In this document: in pieces, positions 1 through 11,779 of the stretch | How positions within the stretch are numbered: the stretch's first letter is position 1 | Layout of the letters: each line of letters opens with the position of its first letter | Source of the DNA: Gekko japonicus | Taxonomy: Eukaryota | Length of the DNA: 64,000 nucleotides | Assembly: GCF_001447785.1 (NCBI RefSeq) | Contig: NW_015163618.1 | Location: 505,942-569,941, forward strand | Direction of reading: 5' to 3' | Made by a program: the position numbers and the translations under genes | The notes under the pieces: model-generated | What the model saw: the letters and a program-made list of their open reading frames with translations, nothing else | Told to the model about the DNA's origin: nothing | Databases searched by the model: none

Positions 1-361
1 GATCAGCTATTATATCAATGTAAGTTCTCAGAGAATGCTCCAAGAAAGTCTGTTTCTCAAATATGGGTGTATCGTTTTGTATTTGAGAAGTATCCTTGTC
101 ATATTCATGCCCAAATGAAATGTTTCGGTATCTGAACCACTGATCTTCAGGTTTGTATGTCAGATTTGGCATCTGATCTGGCACCCATCTTTAAGAAACT
201 AAAACCCAAAGTAACAAATACTATGGACATATAAAAAGGTCTATGCACTGCACAGTTAAAAAACAGAATCTAGCCATAAATCCAGTGTTCAAGTATATAT
301 ATATAAAATTAAGTTTAGTTTTCTTTATACTTATCATGAAAGGAAGTTATACAGAATCCAT

Positions 362-455
362 TCAGCAGAACAAAGTTTGAGTCCAGTGGCACCTTTAAGA
401 CCAAAAAAGTTTAATTTTGGTATAAGCTTTCGTGTGCATGCACACCTCATCAGAT
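362..455 (-). mobile_element. Penelope-like element pseudo-LTR fragment with hammerhead-type motif
   Basis: GAGTCCAGTGGCACCTTTAAGACCAA..AAGCTTTCGTGTGCATGCACAC; the same family recurs at 20.9, 26.1-26.5, 37.9 and 60.0 kb. The minus strand reads CTGATGA-G-GTGTGCATGCACAC-GAAA-GCTT. Confidence 0.75.
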
Positions 456-562
456 TTTACTTTAGTATAATTTTAGAAGAGAATGCGAAATCCCTGTGCC
501 ATCCTTAGATGATCTTAAGTGTACCTAAAATATTTTTATTATATTTGAGTAGTACTTTTTAA

Positions 563-970
563 GCCCTGATCTGGATGGCTCATGCTAGCTCAATGTCATG
601 AGACCTCAGAAGCTAAGCAAGGTCAGCCCTAGTTAGTACTTGGAGACCACCAAGGAAGTCCAGGGTCTCTCCACAGAGGCCAGCAATGGCAAACCTCCTC
701 TAAACATTTTTTTCCTTGAAAACCCTACAATGTTGCCGTAAGTAGGCTTGCCAAGTCCCCCGGGGGGGGGGCGGGAAAACCCCCACCTGAGAGGCCCGTT
801 ACCCGCCGCCGCCGGATCGGGCCCCGGGGGGACACCCACCCCCACAGGACGTGGTTGCGGTGCGCAAGCGCGCTCCAGGAAAGAGCCGGGAGTCCCCCGC
901 TCCAGTGAAAGGTAATACTTGGCAACCCTAGCCGTAAGTCATCAATGACTTGACGGCACTTTCTACCACC
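563..970 (+). mobile_element. 5S rRNA-derived SINE with RTE/BovB-like tail, split by a hAT MITE
   Basis: CTCAGAAGCTAAGCAAGGTCAGCCCTAGTTAGTACTTGGA resembles the 5S internal control region (boxes A/C). Tail GCCGTAAGTC..GACTTGACGGCAC; interrupted at 743-930. Confidence 0.75.
743..930. mobile_element. hAT-type non-autonomous DNA transposon (MITE), 188 bp
   Basis: TIRs TAGGCTTGCCAAGT / ACTTGGCAACCCTA; perfect 8-bp TSD GCCGTAAG at 735-742 and 931-938; CpG-rich. Confidence 0.9.
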
Positions 971-1428
971 AGTACTTTTTAAAAGAAATCTATAGTAACA
1001 ACAAAATGAATCTTGCCAACTGTGAATAGTATCTTACTGCCAAGTGCAAAAAAAAAAAGTTGTAAATATTGCACATGGTATACCATTATATACATACTAC
1101 CTTTCAAGTGCAATACATATGTTATAGTTTTATATATGTTGAGGATTCCCAAGTATTAATATTTCTCCCCATAAATTACAGTTATATCATACATGTAATT
1201 TAGCCTAGTAACCAATTTGATCCATTAAAATCAATGGGAGATTCCCCAATATTTCAGTGGAATGTGATTACACCTTAAGTGTGTGCTTCTACAAATATAG
1301 TTCCTGTACTGTCCCAACATTTACAGTCGCGCTCCAAAGCTCCCCTAGCAATGAATCGGGGAAGGCGGCTGTTTGTCACCCAGGTCTTGTTTCAGTCTCT
1401 AATCTATCATATTGCATGTCCTGGGCAG

Positions 1429-1478
1429 GCAAGCGTGGGCGTCGCAGCAGTGCAGGATCGCTAGACAGCAATATGGAA
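1429..1478 (+). CDS. IQSEC1: IQSEC1 (BRAG2) penultimate 50-nt cassette exon, (G)KRGRRSSAGSLDSNME
   Basis: cag|GC AAG CGT...ATG GAA|gtaagt; the peptide matches the IQSEC1 GKRGRRSSAGSLESNVE segment; phase 1 in, phase 0 out. Confidence 0.92.
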
Positions 1479-2735
1479 GTAAGTAGGAAGTTACTGATGT
1501 CTAGCTGGATGTGATGTGCATTTCAAACCTTTCTTTTATATACTTTTTTTTTTTGCTCTTCTAACATATAACCTGCCTGCCTCAAATAAAATGCATGCCA
1601 AGGCTACTCACTGTATTTTTAGCATATTTTAAAAATAAAATAAACACTACTTCCAGCTTGTTTAGATCGAGCACAATTTGTTTTGCTTTGTTTTTATTTC
1701 AGCTAACCTTTGTCCCCCTCTCTTCCTGCAAGCATGGTTAAATGAATATGATGTGTCCTCCTGCCACCATTTCAATCTGGTCCCCGCTTAAAGGCCCAGT
1801 GGGCTCTTTGTTGCACAGTACACTGTTTGTGCTGTATGCCAGTTAACTCAACTCGTTGACTCCATGCTCAGCCATTCACATTGCTTATTTTCCAGTTAAA
1901 TTGCAAAATGTATGCAGTCATGACACCATGGAATTGCATAGATAGGGCATGGGAGGAGAAAAAAAATAAGACAGATGAATTCAATGTGGATTTCATGAGA
2001 TTTCATTCATCTTCAAACCATTTATATACTGTTCATGTCTTTGAATTCAGCCTGCAGGTTTTTGTGTGTGCGTGTGCGTGTGTGAATTAGATAGACTACA
2101 GTTTACATATAGTACATGATGCCTCACCATTGCTGCACCCATTAGTTGTTTGAATGGAAAACAAAAGCCTCCACAAACTAACTAGACAGTTGAAGGCTAA
2201 ATAGTAAGAAATACTGAGCCATAGCTCAGGAGATCAACACTGTACAGAAAGCATACTGAAAGCAAGATTAGAACTCTTCTGTTCTACAATTCAAACATTA
2301 TTTTAAAATTTAAGTTTAGATAAAACTACAGCATAAAATCTGAATAGTAGCCATGTGATAATTATTTCCTTTTAATTCATGTATTTGTATTTTCCCCCTA
2401 GAGCGGGACAAAAGCCACAAGACTATAATATTTTTAAAATGAAAAAGAAATAAATATAAAATAAAATCTTGAAGGTATTAGGTCACTGATTATTGATGAT
2501 TCTTTTTTTGTTTAATATTTCCATTGGAGAAAAAAAAATTGGGCATAGATATGCCCCAGCTATGCATTGAAAAGCAAAATTGGCAGATAGAGAGCGAGCG
2601 AATTTCTCCTGTATATCATATAGCAAATAATCCATAGAAGCTTTTAAGGAAAACATGATGGTCGCTGTGAACTTTTTCTTTTACACATATTTTTAAAGAT
2701 TTTTTTAATTTTTATTTCTATTAATTTCTTTTTAG

Positions 2736-3320
2736 GGGTCCATCATTAGCAGTCCTCATATGCGCCGAAGAGCTACATCAACCCGAGAGTGTCCATCTCG
2801 CCCTCACCAGACTATGCCTAATTCTTCCTCACTACTAGGGTCCTTATTTGGTAGTAAAAGGGGGAAGCCTTCCCAAGGCCATCTAGCACCTGGCCCATCA
2901 CAGCAGCCTCAGCACCCCCCCATAATTTCACATCAGCAACACTCACAGCATTCTTCTGCAATGCACCACTCAGGGTCAGTTGAAGGGCAGACCCAAGCAC
3001 AAGTGCACACCCACCATTCTCAGTATTGTCATATGCAGAACCCACCCCCTTACCATCATCACCACCACTATCATCCACCCCAGCATATTCAGCACCCACA
3101 CCAGTACCATCACGTACCGCATTCCCAGCACATACCGCATTCCCAGCATTCTTACATACCACACTCCCATTCACAGCATTCCCATGCTCCCCATCCTCCA
3201 TTGCCCCCTCCTCACCCTGCACACTCTTCCCATGCTTCGCATCACCATGGTCAGCCAGTTCCCCCTTCTACTTCAACCAGCACTAAGTCCAAACACAGTG
3301 GCATCAGCACAATAGTCTAG
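2736..3320 (+). CDS. IQSEC1: IQSEC1 terminal coding exon (long isoform; His/Pro-rich tail, PDZ-binding STIV)
   Basis: Long pyrimidine tract plus tag|GGG TCC ATC ATT gives GSIISSPHMRRRATSTRECPSRPHQTMPNSSSLLGSLFGSKRGK...HSQYCHMQNPPPYHHHHHYHPP...SGISTIV*, recognisable as IQSEC1. Confidence 0.95.
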   Translation, partial: GSIISSPHMRRRATSTRECPSRPHQTMPNSSSLLGSLFGSKRGKPSQGHLAPGPSQQPQHPPIISHQQHSQHSSAMHHSGSVEGQTQAQVHTHHSQYCHMQNPPPYHHHHHYHPPQHIQHPHQYHHVPHSQHIPHSQHSYIPHSHSQHSHAPHPPLPPPHPAHSSHASHHHGQPVPPSTSTSTKSKHSGISTIV

Positions 3321-6300
3321 AACCAAACTACCCTGCGAGTAACTGTAGCTCTAGACAGAACTGTAAAGGCACTTACAGCAAGCAGAAGCAGCCTTTAAAA
3401 CTGGATTTTTTTTTCTTTTAAAAAAATCCAAGCCAGAAGAAACCTATTTGACTCCTTTGGCCTTAAGGATTCAATAGAACAATTTATATTAGCCTGATCA
3501 ATGTTGGTCTTATGGTTGAACTCAGTGGTAACCTTCTCCCTCCTTTTCTCCAGTAGCCTTGAAAAATATGCTGCTTGCTGAAAATGTTAAGCTACCTTTT
3601 TTTTCATCCCCATGACAATTTTAAATGCATAATGAAAATATAACCAACTCAAAATAAAAGAAAAAAATGAAATAGAATAAAGTGTTGCATTCTTGCTCCT
3701 TAATTGTCAATGGGCAAAAACAGTAGACCTCATATGGTTGATGAAAGTACGTAAGTAAACTTTATATAATATAAATATATAAATATATACATATATATAT
3801 ACTGTATAGTTAATGTTTATGTTTAGAACAAAACTTTTGCAAAGTTCACAAAGCTAGCAATATATACTTTACCAGGAATTCCACTTACAGATAGAAGGAC
3901 AGTATAATAGATGAACAGTGTGAGAAAGTGTAGACCAAAAACTAGAACAAATTCCAGACATTTCAGTGTTCTCAATAAAAAGTTCTCTGGACTTGGAAAT
4001 AATTCTTTAAGCAATCACTGCAAAATGTGCCAAGTACCATAGCATTTACCTGTTGTAATCCAATATTGCTTTGTATAAATCCTTATTTTATTAACATGAT
4101 AATATACTTAGTCAGTATTATAACTGCTCTGCTATTTCAGGTAAGCAAACTCTAGTTAAGATGCAGTAACTATACAGTAGCAACACGAGGCAACTTTAAT
4201 TGTGGTTGCCTCTAACTTTTGGTTACTCAAATTCTTAGACATTTTAAAGGCTGTGATAACTGTGAACTTATAGAATCCACATTTCTTTTATATTCATATA
4301 TATTTTAATAAAATAATCATGAAGAATTAAGTGAAAGGTACTTGCATATGCCACATAAACATTCATCTCAGACCTTAAAATGAAATACATCCATCCTTCT
4401 CAGCTGCATTTCCTCTTTAACATAACTTCCTCTGTTTAACCCAATTAAAATACACTGCAGTTCAGATTTTTTTTTCTATAGATAAGTGCTCTGAAACTTG
4501 AAGGTTTATTTTAGTACTGAGTATAGATTTTTATAACTGTAATTCCATGTAGCCATGTGCTGGCGGCAAGATTTCCTCACCATTATTCTCATCACATTTG
4601 TTAGTTTTTACCCAGCACTCAGCAGGCTGAGTCTATGCTCAAACTGTCATAGTCCAGTTAGTTGCAAGATGTCACGTAAAATCCAACTGTGCTGTTGTTG
4701 CTTATGTGTTGTACTCAAGTCATTTGCAAGTCCATATGAGATTTTTTTTAATTCCCAAAATCTATTTTCTACAAAAAAAAATTATACATGGAGCATACTT
4801 TGTAGTTTCAGCATTTTGAACCACATCAGTCACAAGGACTGTACATCTAAATGGCAGAAACAAAAGGAACCGCAGAACTGCACCAGCTGAATTGTGGATA
4901 TGGCTTAAAAGAAGAAGGAAAAAAGTTCCAGTGAGAGATGGGTAAAACAACAAAATGTCCGTTGCTTCTGAATGTAAACATGACGTGTGAAGATTACTTT
5001 TCTGTATTGGATTAATCCTAGTACCTCCTGCTTAGTTTTTCACACACACCCCTTTCATACTATGGATTATACCATGGATTATACCATGAGTACCAGCAAA
5101 ACTATAGACAAAGTATTTTGTTAATTTGCATAAAGCAAAAACAACCACCTAGAGTTTAGCCTGTTGTTTAAATGTGTCCTCTATTTTCCATGTGTGCAAT
5201 ACTTTTTTTTCCTGTTTGGTTTCCTATAAATTAACTTCACATTAAATGAAAGTAAATTTTAATGATCATACAGGCTGTTCAAAATTGTGCAGCTTACCTT
5301 ATGAGGGCTTATGTCAGCCCCCCTGAGGCTCTGTTCCTTGCAGTTAAAAATCTTGTTCTTATAAGGGATAATAGAACTGTCTGCATGTCATCTAATATTA
5401 ATAGTGTTGAGGCTACACTCTACGTATTGTATATTTGCAAAATATATCAGTGTTACTGTCGATATTAGTTGAAGTAAAGTGATAACATATTTAAATATGT
5501 AAGCTTTTCTTCAGACCTTTGTACCAGTAGCAGAGTCTAACTGTAATTTATAAGTTGTTCCAGAAAAGATGAGGCAGAGGTGGGCATTTTTTTCCTTCTT
5601 TATTTTGCATTAAATATTCTACATAACAAGCTGAAGGCCACATACACTGGATTATTTTATATTTAACACATTAATATCTGCAGTACCCTAATTTTTTTAA
5701 AAGATATATATTTCCTATCTATTTATACTGCCTATTGGGATAGCATAGAGAACTCCATGAAAGAATTTAAGCTTCTGTGCTGTTGCTGCATCACACATGC
5801 TTACATCAGATTTTTACACATGTACTTTGATGCTCCATATTCAGATGCTAAGATTCAAATTGTGTTGAGAAGTCTGTCTAACTGTGTGCGTGTGTGTGGA
5901 ATGTATAAGAACAATCCAAACATATCTAAGACTTCTTTTCCTGTTTTTTCTTTCTATAATTATTTTCAACAATTATGTCCTGTTGCGAGCATTCAGTTTC
6001 AGAATTTCATTGCTTTTTGGGGGGAGAGCAATCTGATGTATCAGACTACCTCCTAGACTGCCAGTAAGAAAGGAAAGTGATCATTATCAATGTCTATGGC
6101 ACATTGTTGCAGAAAATACATTTTCTAGCATGGAGGGGAAAAATAGATACTGAACAGCTTTTGTTAGGATTTTCTCATTGATTAAAAATCAGCACAAAGC
6201 CCTACTGAATCATGTGTCTGCCTTGTCATTTAATAGTCTGGCTAGGTGAAAGAAACACTAGATAACTACACTATTAAATGAAGGAAATACTAAAAGGCCT

Positions 6301-7200
6301 TGCAAAAATATCTTTTCTGGGACAATGGTCAAATATGTATTTGTTTTAATCCTTTTAAGTTAAGAATGAAATGTACAACAATGTAAAAAAAAGTAATCCT
6401 AATATAATGTACATGTCTTGTATTGCTTAAAAAGAAGTCTTCAAGCATAACATTGTAGAATGATTTTTCCCATCAAGCACTGCATGCAGCAGAAGCCTCT
6501 TGTTTCTTGATTTAAAAATGAGCTGAGATACAGTCAGCAGCTATTTAAACAATGACTCTCTACATGTTGACTTGCTGTTCCATATAAAGCTGTGCATTTT
6601 CTGCAGTTAAGCATGCATTTTTGCTGTTTCCATTGTAAAATATCATCACTTCTTGCCTGCAAAATGAGTAACTGTGTATATAATCGGGGGGAGGGGTGAC
6701 CAATATATGAAATTTGAGGGAGGGTAAAGAGTAGTGGGAACAGGACCAAGTGGGGAAATAGCTAATTCTCTAAAAATTGTATATAGTGTGTAAATTAGTA
6801 TTAATATAAGTCTGCAGTCAATTTCAGGTTGCATATAGTACCTGTCCCCTGCTAGGAACTTAATCCAAGCTTTGACTTATATTAAACTGTTATAATTAGG
6901 TCTTGAATGCAGACTGTTAAAAGACTTCAAGAAACATCATGCTCACAAGAAGCTTCTGTTCTGGGAGGCTCAAGACCCATTTTGTAACTGTTGGGAAGAA
7001 AGGAGTGCTTTCATTTTAATATGCATTGTTTGTAAGTAGTATCAGACCTTCCTTATGGTTGTAAAACTATAACTGTGATTATGTGGAAAATCAAATAAAT
7101 CACTTTGAACTCACACAGTTTCTCATCCTTCATAGAACTAGTACATGAGCTTTATATTTTTCACACTAAATGAATAAAATTACTATGCCACTTAAGTTTT
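3321..7200 (+). other. IQSEC1: Probable long 3'UTR of IQSEC1
   Basis: AT-rich, with no recognisable TEs over ~3.9 kb (unlike its flanks); ends at AATAAA 7094 and 7173 followed by a GU-rich tract. The end point is inferred. Confidence 0.65.
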
Positions 7201-7224
7201 TGGCAATCTTGTTGTGTGGTGTTT
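7094..7224 (+). terminator. Tandem polyadenylation signals (AATAAA 7094-7099, 7173-7178) with GU-rich downstream element
   Basis: Two AATAAA hexamers, then TTGTTGTGTGGTGTTT at ~7209-7224. Confidence 0.6.
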
Positions 7225-9040
7225 ATAAAAAGAGTCATTCTGTAGAAGCAATGGAAGCTTAAAAATACTGCGTGTGCAGCATCAGCTACACTCAGTTTGA
7301 CCAAATTTTCTCAGTGAAAACAAACTCAAAAAGGAAGTTTGCATTGTATAGTACATGTATTTGATGGAACTGAAAAATGGAGAATGGATATTATTCACTT
7401 TTCCAACTGCCCAGCTACTGTACACCCTCAAATGAGGAAATTTACCTCTACTTCTGTCACTTTTTTGTTACATTTTTATCCTACCCTTCCTCCAACAAGC
7501 TCAGAGCATTGTGTTCCCTCTTATGCTCACAGCAATCATCTGAGGTGGTTTCATCCAAGGACTGGAAATAGACCTCAGCTTTGACACTGAATGAGAATCT
7601 GGCCCTAGGCCTCCACAGTCATTGTTCAGTCCTCTAATCAGGACATCATATGGATTTTTTTATGTTCACCTCATAAAGTAGAGAACTGATATCTGCACCA
7701 GTTTTTGTTTACGACCATTAAGCAATCCTAGGTCTGGTCCCTGTTTGTACCTCACACCAGTCCTTAATATCTTTTCGTTTTCAGCCTTTATGGAGCTTAA
7801 ACTGCTGGAATACACTATATGGGGTTGTTCATTTGGAAAACTAGAGGATAACAGTATAGGGAAGAATATACTTATATTTCTACAAATATGCCCTATCTTA
7901 GGTCAGGCAGAAGCCTGCATCTGTGTATCAATGTGCAGCTGAATTGTGATCAAAACAGATCACAGTGATGCAGTTCTCTGCTGGTGTTCCTTAATGGCCT
8001 GGGTCAAGGAGAGCCAACAGAAAAGTTACTTAAGAGGAAGAGAAGCACAGCCATCCTGCATGGGCTTACAACTGGCTTAAGGCAACAGGTCCAGTAATCA
8101 CTTGCTGCTTATAACACAAATTAAGTCTTTGAAGGAACTGGCTGGAGATGATACAACAGGGTATGAGAGACCATAATATGTCAATGAGTATCAGGGAAGA
8201 AGAGCAGACGTTGGAGAATTCCTTTTTTCTGGAAGAATGATACATGAGAAGTGTCATCAAGACCTCCATCCAGCAACAGTACAGGACATTTATCTCAATA
8301 GATGGAGAAAGGCAGAAATGTCTTCAGGTATGGGGGGGGTGGGAACAAAATGTCCTGAATTCTTCTGTGGAATGTTAATTGCTTCAAGCAACTGTTAGAA
8401 GAGCTAACTACCAGCATTTTCCCAGTATGCAAATCTGAACCCTGGGTAAATACAGTAAATACAAACACCAGCAGGTTAAAAAAAAGTGTGCATACAGTTT
8501 CAAAAATGATCTGCATATGCTCTGGAATCTCTCCCTCAGGTCTCATTGTCTGGGAGATATTTTTTTCTTTTATAGCTAAATCTAAATCTTCCATCCATGC
8601 CTCTAAATTTGGTGAACCTACCTCATTTCTGTTTCTGGAAAGAGCTGTGAGGGCAGCTCTCCTTGTGGAATGGATCTTTCCTGCTTTCCCCTTCCTGTTA
8701 TGCTGCCTCTAGGGAAGAATCAACAGAGACCCTGCCCCCTTGTGAGAGGAAGTATCCTGTTTGCTGAGGACTGCTGGATCCAACCCCACCATGTATTAAT
8801 AATGTAAACTACCCAAATCTCAGGCTCTTTTTAAAATTACTTATTTGTTTGGTTATTGTCTTGTGCTTCCGCCAAGAATACAGGCCAGCAAAACATGATC
8901 TCCCCCATTTTATCTTAAAAACTTTTTAAGGTAGTTCAGGCTGAAAAATATTGACCAGCCCATTTCTGTACAGTAGCTTCATTGCAGTGTGTAGATTTGA
9001 AGCCGTCCTTGCTTACACACTAATCTCTCTCTCAGACATA

Positions 9041-9794
9041 GGGGAATTTCACATTACCCTTTATACCTGATCCAGCTCTGTGCCACTCACTTCCCAGCCA
9101 ATTGCCTCTTGGCATGGATGGATGCACATCAGGCTGGGTCAGCAACATCTGTCTCACCAATCACTGATGCCCTGATCTCCCACCTAAACCTGCTGTCCAA
9201 TGAGCATCTTCTCCCCAGCTGGCAACCTGACAACCCATCACCTTCCCCTGACTCACAGTGGGCATGGAAGGGTTAGCAACATCTGTCACACCAATCTCTG
9301 ATGCCCTGATTTCCCGCCAAAACCTGCTGTCCAATGAGGTACTTGTTTCCAGGTGGCAGATGTAGCCATCTCATGTATCCCAGTGGAGTCCAGGCATTCC
9401 AATGGGGTTGCTATTGTGCTGTTTTGGTGTTGTGTTATAGCGGTATAGCACTCTAAAACAAACGTGTTTTTTTTAAAAAGACGGAGATCGCCCGCACAGG
9501 CGAAAAACGGCGGGAAAACAAAGCGGCACAGGAGGAAGCGCATAATGGGGCATTTTACACAGCACCCTGTAGCGCTTCAGAAACGGTATAGAAAAGTGAA
9601 GACTACTTGGAAGCAGTTTGCAAGTTAAATTGTTCAGAAACGCTTCCCTAACGGGACAGAAGCATTTCTGTCTGAAACTGAAAATATATTCTGGTAGGGA
9701 ACCGTTACTAAAATGGTTCTGTCTGAAATGTCAGACCAGAAACCGTTAGGGAACAGTTCCTGAACCGGAATATATAGGCTGTCTGAAATTCCCC
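9041..9794. mobile_element. PIF/Harbinger-like non-autonomous element
   Basis: TIRs GGGGAATTTCA / TGAAATTCCCC; 3-bp TSD ATA (9038-9040, 9795-9797); internal diverged direct repeat of ~90 bp (9136 vs 9270). Confidence 0.7.
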
Positions 9795-11327
9795 ATAGTT
9801 AACCAGTTCTTTACATCCACAAAAATTATATAACCAGACAGGATTCATTGTACATGCAGTACTGGACACTTAGTTGAATTGCCATAATTGTTATTTATTT
9901 TTGAAGATGCCGGTTCTGCCCACTAGGGAACAGCACAGGCTAACAGCATATATAACAATGGAAACTAAAGTCTGGGTCTTAAGCATGCCAGACCAAATGC
10001 TAAAAATGTGCAGCATCTTAGCAAGCATGGACACTTACAGTATGGTGAACACTTGCAGCTGTAGTACAACAATAACTGGTTTAAATTAAACATTGGAAAG
10101 TTAATGGCAATAAATCAACTAAGATGGATGCTTGAAAGAGAAAACAGCTAAAGTTCCTGCATTTTGTTGCAATTACACATACAGTAGAGTCAGTCTTTTC
10201 CCCCCATAAAATAATTGTTGCACATGTTCACATCTTAAATGTATTTGCTCCAGTGAAATCAGTATTTGTATGTATCAATATGTACCCAACTTCAATAATA
10301 TTTTTTCAGTGACTATCTGGCTGTCATATTTTTAGCATGGACTTGATTTAAGACACTGAGCACTTTATACTTTATCAAATTTATTATCTGATTTTTAAAA
10401 ATTGTCCCCATGGAAAGGATGGGGTGGAGAACACAATTATTATTCTATTCTGATTTATTGTAACTAAGGCTTTACTTTTAATACAACTGTCATATTTGAC
10501 ATTGGATATATTGGTCTAGTTCCATACAAGACAGTTTAATAGGTGGTCCTAAAATTGCAGGAAGGTTGAAATGTGGCTGTAAGTCCGTCCCCTCCTCCCC
10601 TTTTTTACAGTTGAGAAACCTGATGCAAGTGTATTTAAGACTGCCTTTGTCCAGCAAAAATGAGAGTGGGACTCAGAATGCTTGAAATTGTGTGAATTTG
10701 AACAGACAATTAGGAAAAGAGGCAGAGATCAGAGGTTAAAGGTTCAGAAGAACAGATACAGTTTCATGCAGTGTTTAAACATTTGGGAGGATGCTGTATG
10801 AATGTCAGGACAAGGATTTCTCAAAAGGGGAAGCAAAAGAGAATGTCAACATATTACAGTAGAAAATGATTTTGAATGTAATAGACAAGATACAAAATGT
10901 AAGATGAAAATAAGAAAATTATTATTAATGAGGATAGGTAGTCTTGGATCCAAACCACCATGAATGGAATTCAGAGAAGTAATTTTTGCTGGCCTTCTCC
11001 TCCCACTGCAAGCCTTACACTTCCTGAAAAGATGCTGCGAGGGTCAAAGGAAGCCTTGGGATTAGCAGATAATGCAACATAGATGGTCTGACAGAACCCG
11101 CTACCCCACTGTATGAAGATGAGCTTGTGTTCTGACTTTTAGCTGATTTCTTTGGTGAGCTGGTCTTTATTGTTTGGAATGTTTGGTATTTGGGGACTGG
11201 GTTAACTGTAGTTACTCTCTGATAGAATCATTTTGAGTTGTTCAAAAATGTTTGATTAATTTATTACAGGAATATTTTAAAGTTATGAATTGAATGGTCA
11301 TAGGATTTGTTGAAGGCACAAAATTGA

Positions 11328-11532
11328 GCTTGTGTGGTGGTTAGTGTTGTACTAGGATCTAGGAGACAGTCTGGCATGGATGCTTGCTGGGTAACCTGGG
11401 GCCAGTCACTCTCTTTCAGACTAATCTACCTCACAGAGTTGTTATTGTGAGAATAAAATTGAAGAAAGAATTATGTTATAAGCTACTTTTTGTGCCCATT
11501 GAGGAGATAAGTGGTATCTAAATATATAAATA
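11328..11532 (+). mobile_element. tRNA-derived MIR/CORE-like squamate SINE (old)
   Basis: GTGTGGTGGTTAG head, GCTGGGTAACCTGGGGCCAGTCACTCTCT core, CTACCTCACAGAGTTGTT, AT-rich tail. Confidence 0.7.
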
Positions 11533-11779
11533 AGTCTATCTAATTTTACACACGTAGCAGGTTTTACATATCTTAATGTAAAAATTGTCTTATTCTATTC
11601 TTGGAATAAAATTGTTGTAATCAATAATACAATCAATCCTGGTTTTCCATACATATGCTTGTTTTAGTTGTAAAAAGATGCCTTTGTAATTAAATTGTAA
11701 ATTAATAATCTGTTATGTGCCTGATTTTGAAATAAAGAATTAGTCATAATGTCTTTCTGTTGTTCTTAACTGTGATATG

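Noticed and set aside
590-670. 5S rRNA gene
   Set aside because: Many substitutions, an internal deletion (ATGGG missing), no proper 3' end or terminator, and fusion to a SINE body; it is a 5S-derived SINE head.
1257-1514. 85-aa ORF as a standalone gene
   Set aside because: Only 1429-1478 matches IQSEC1 and is bounded by splice sites; the rest is intron read-through.
2818-3315. Overlapping and antisense ORFs in the IQSEC1 last exon
   Set aside because: By-products of low-complexity CAY/CCN codon usage; no recognisable protein.
2736-3320. Assignment to IQSEC2 or IQSEC3
   Set aside because: GSIISSPHMRRRATSTRECPSRPHQTMPNSSSLLGSLFGSKRGK and the terminal SGISTIV match IQSEC1 as I recall it; IQSEC2 ends STVV with a different proline-rich tail.
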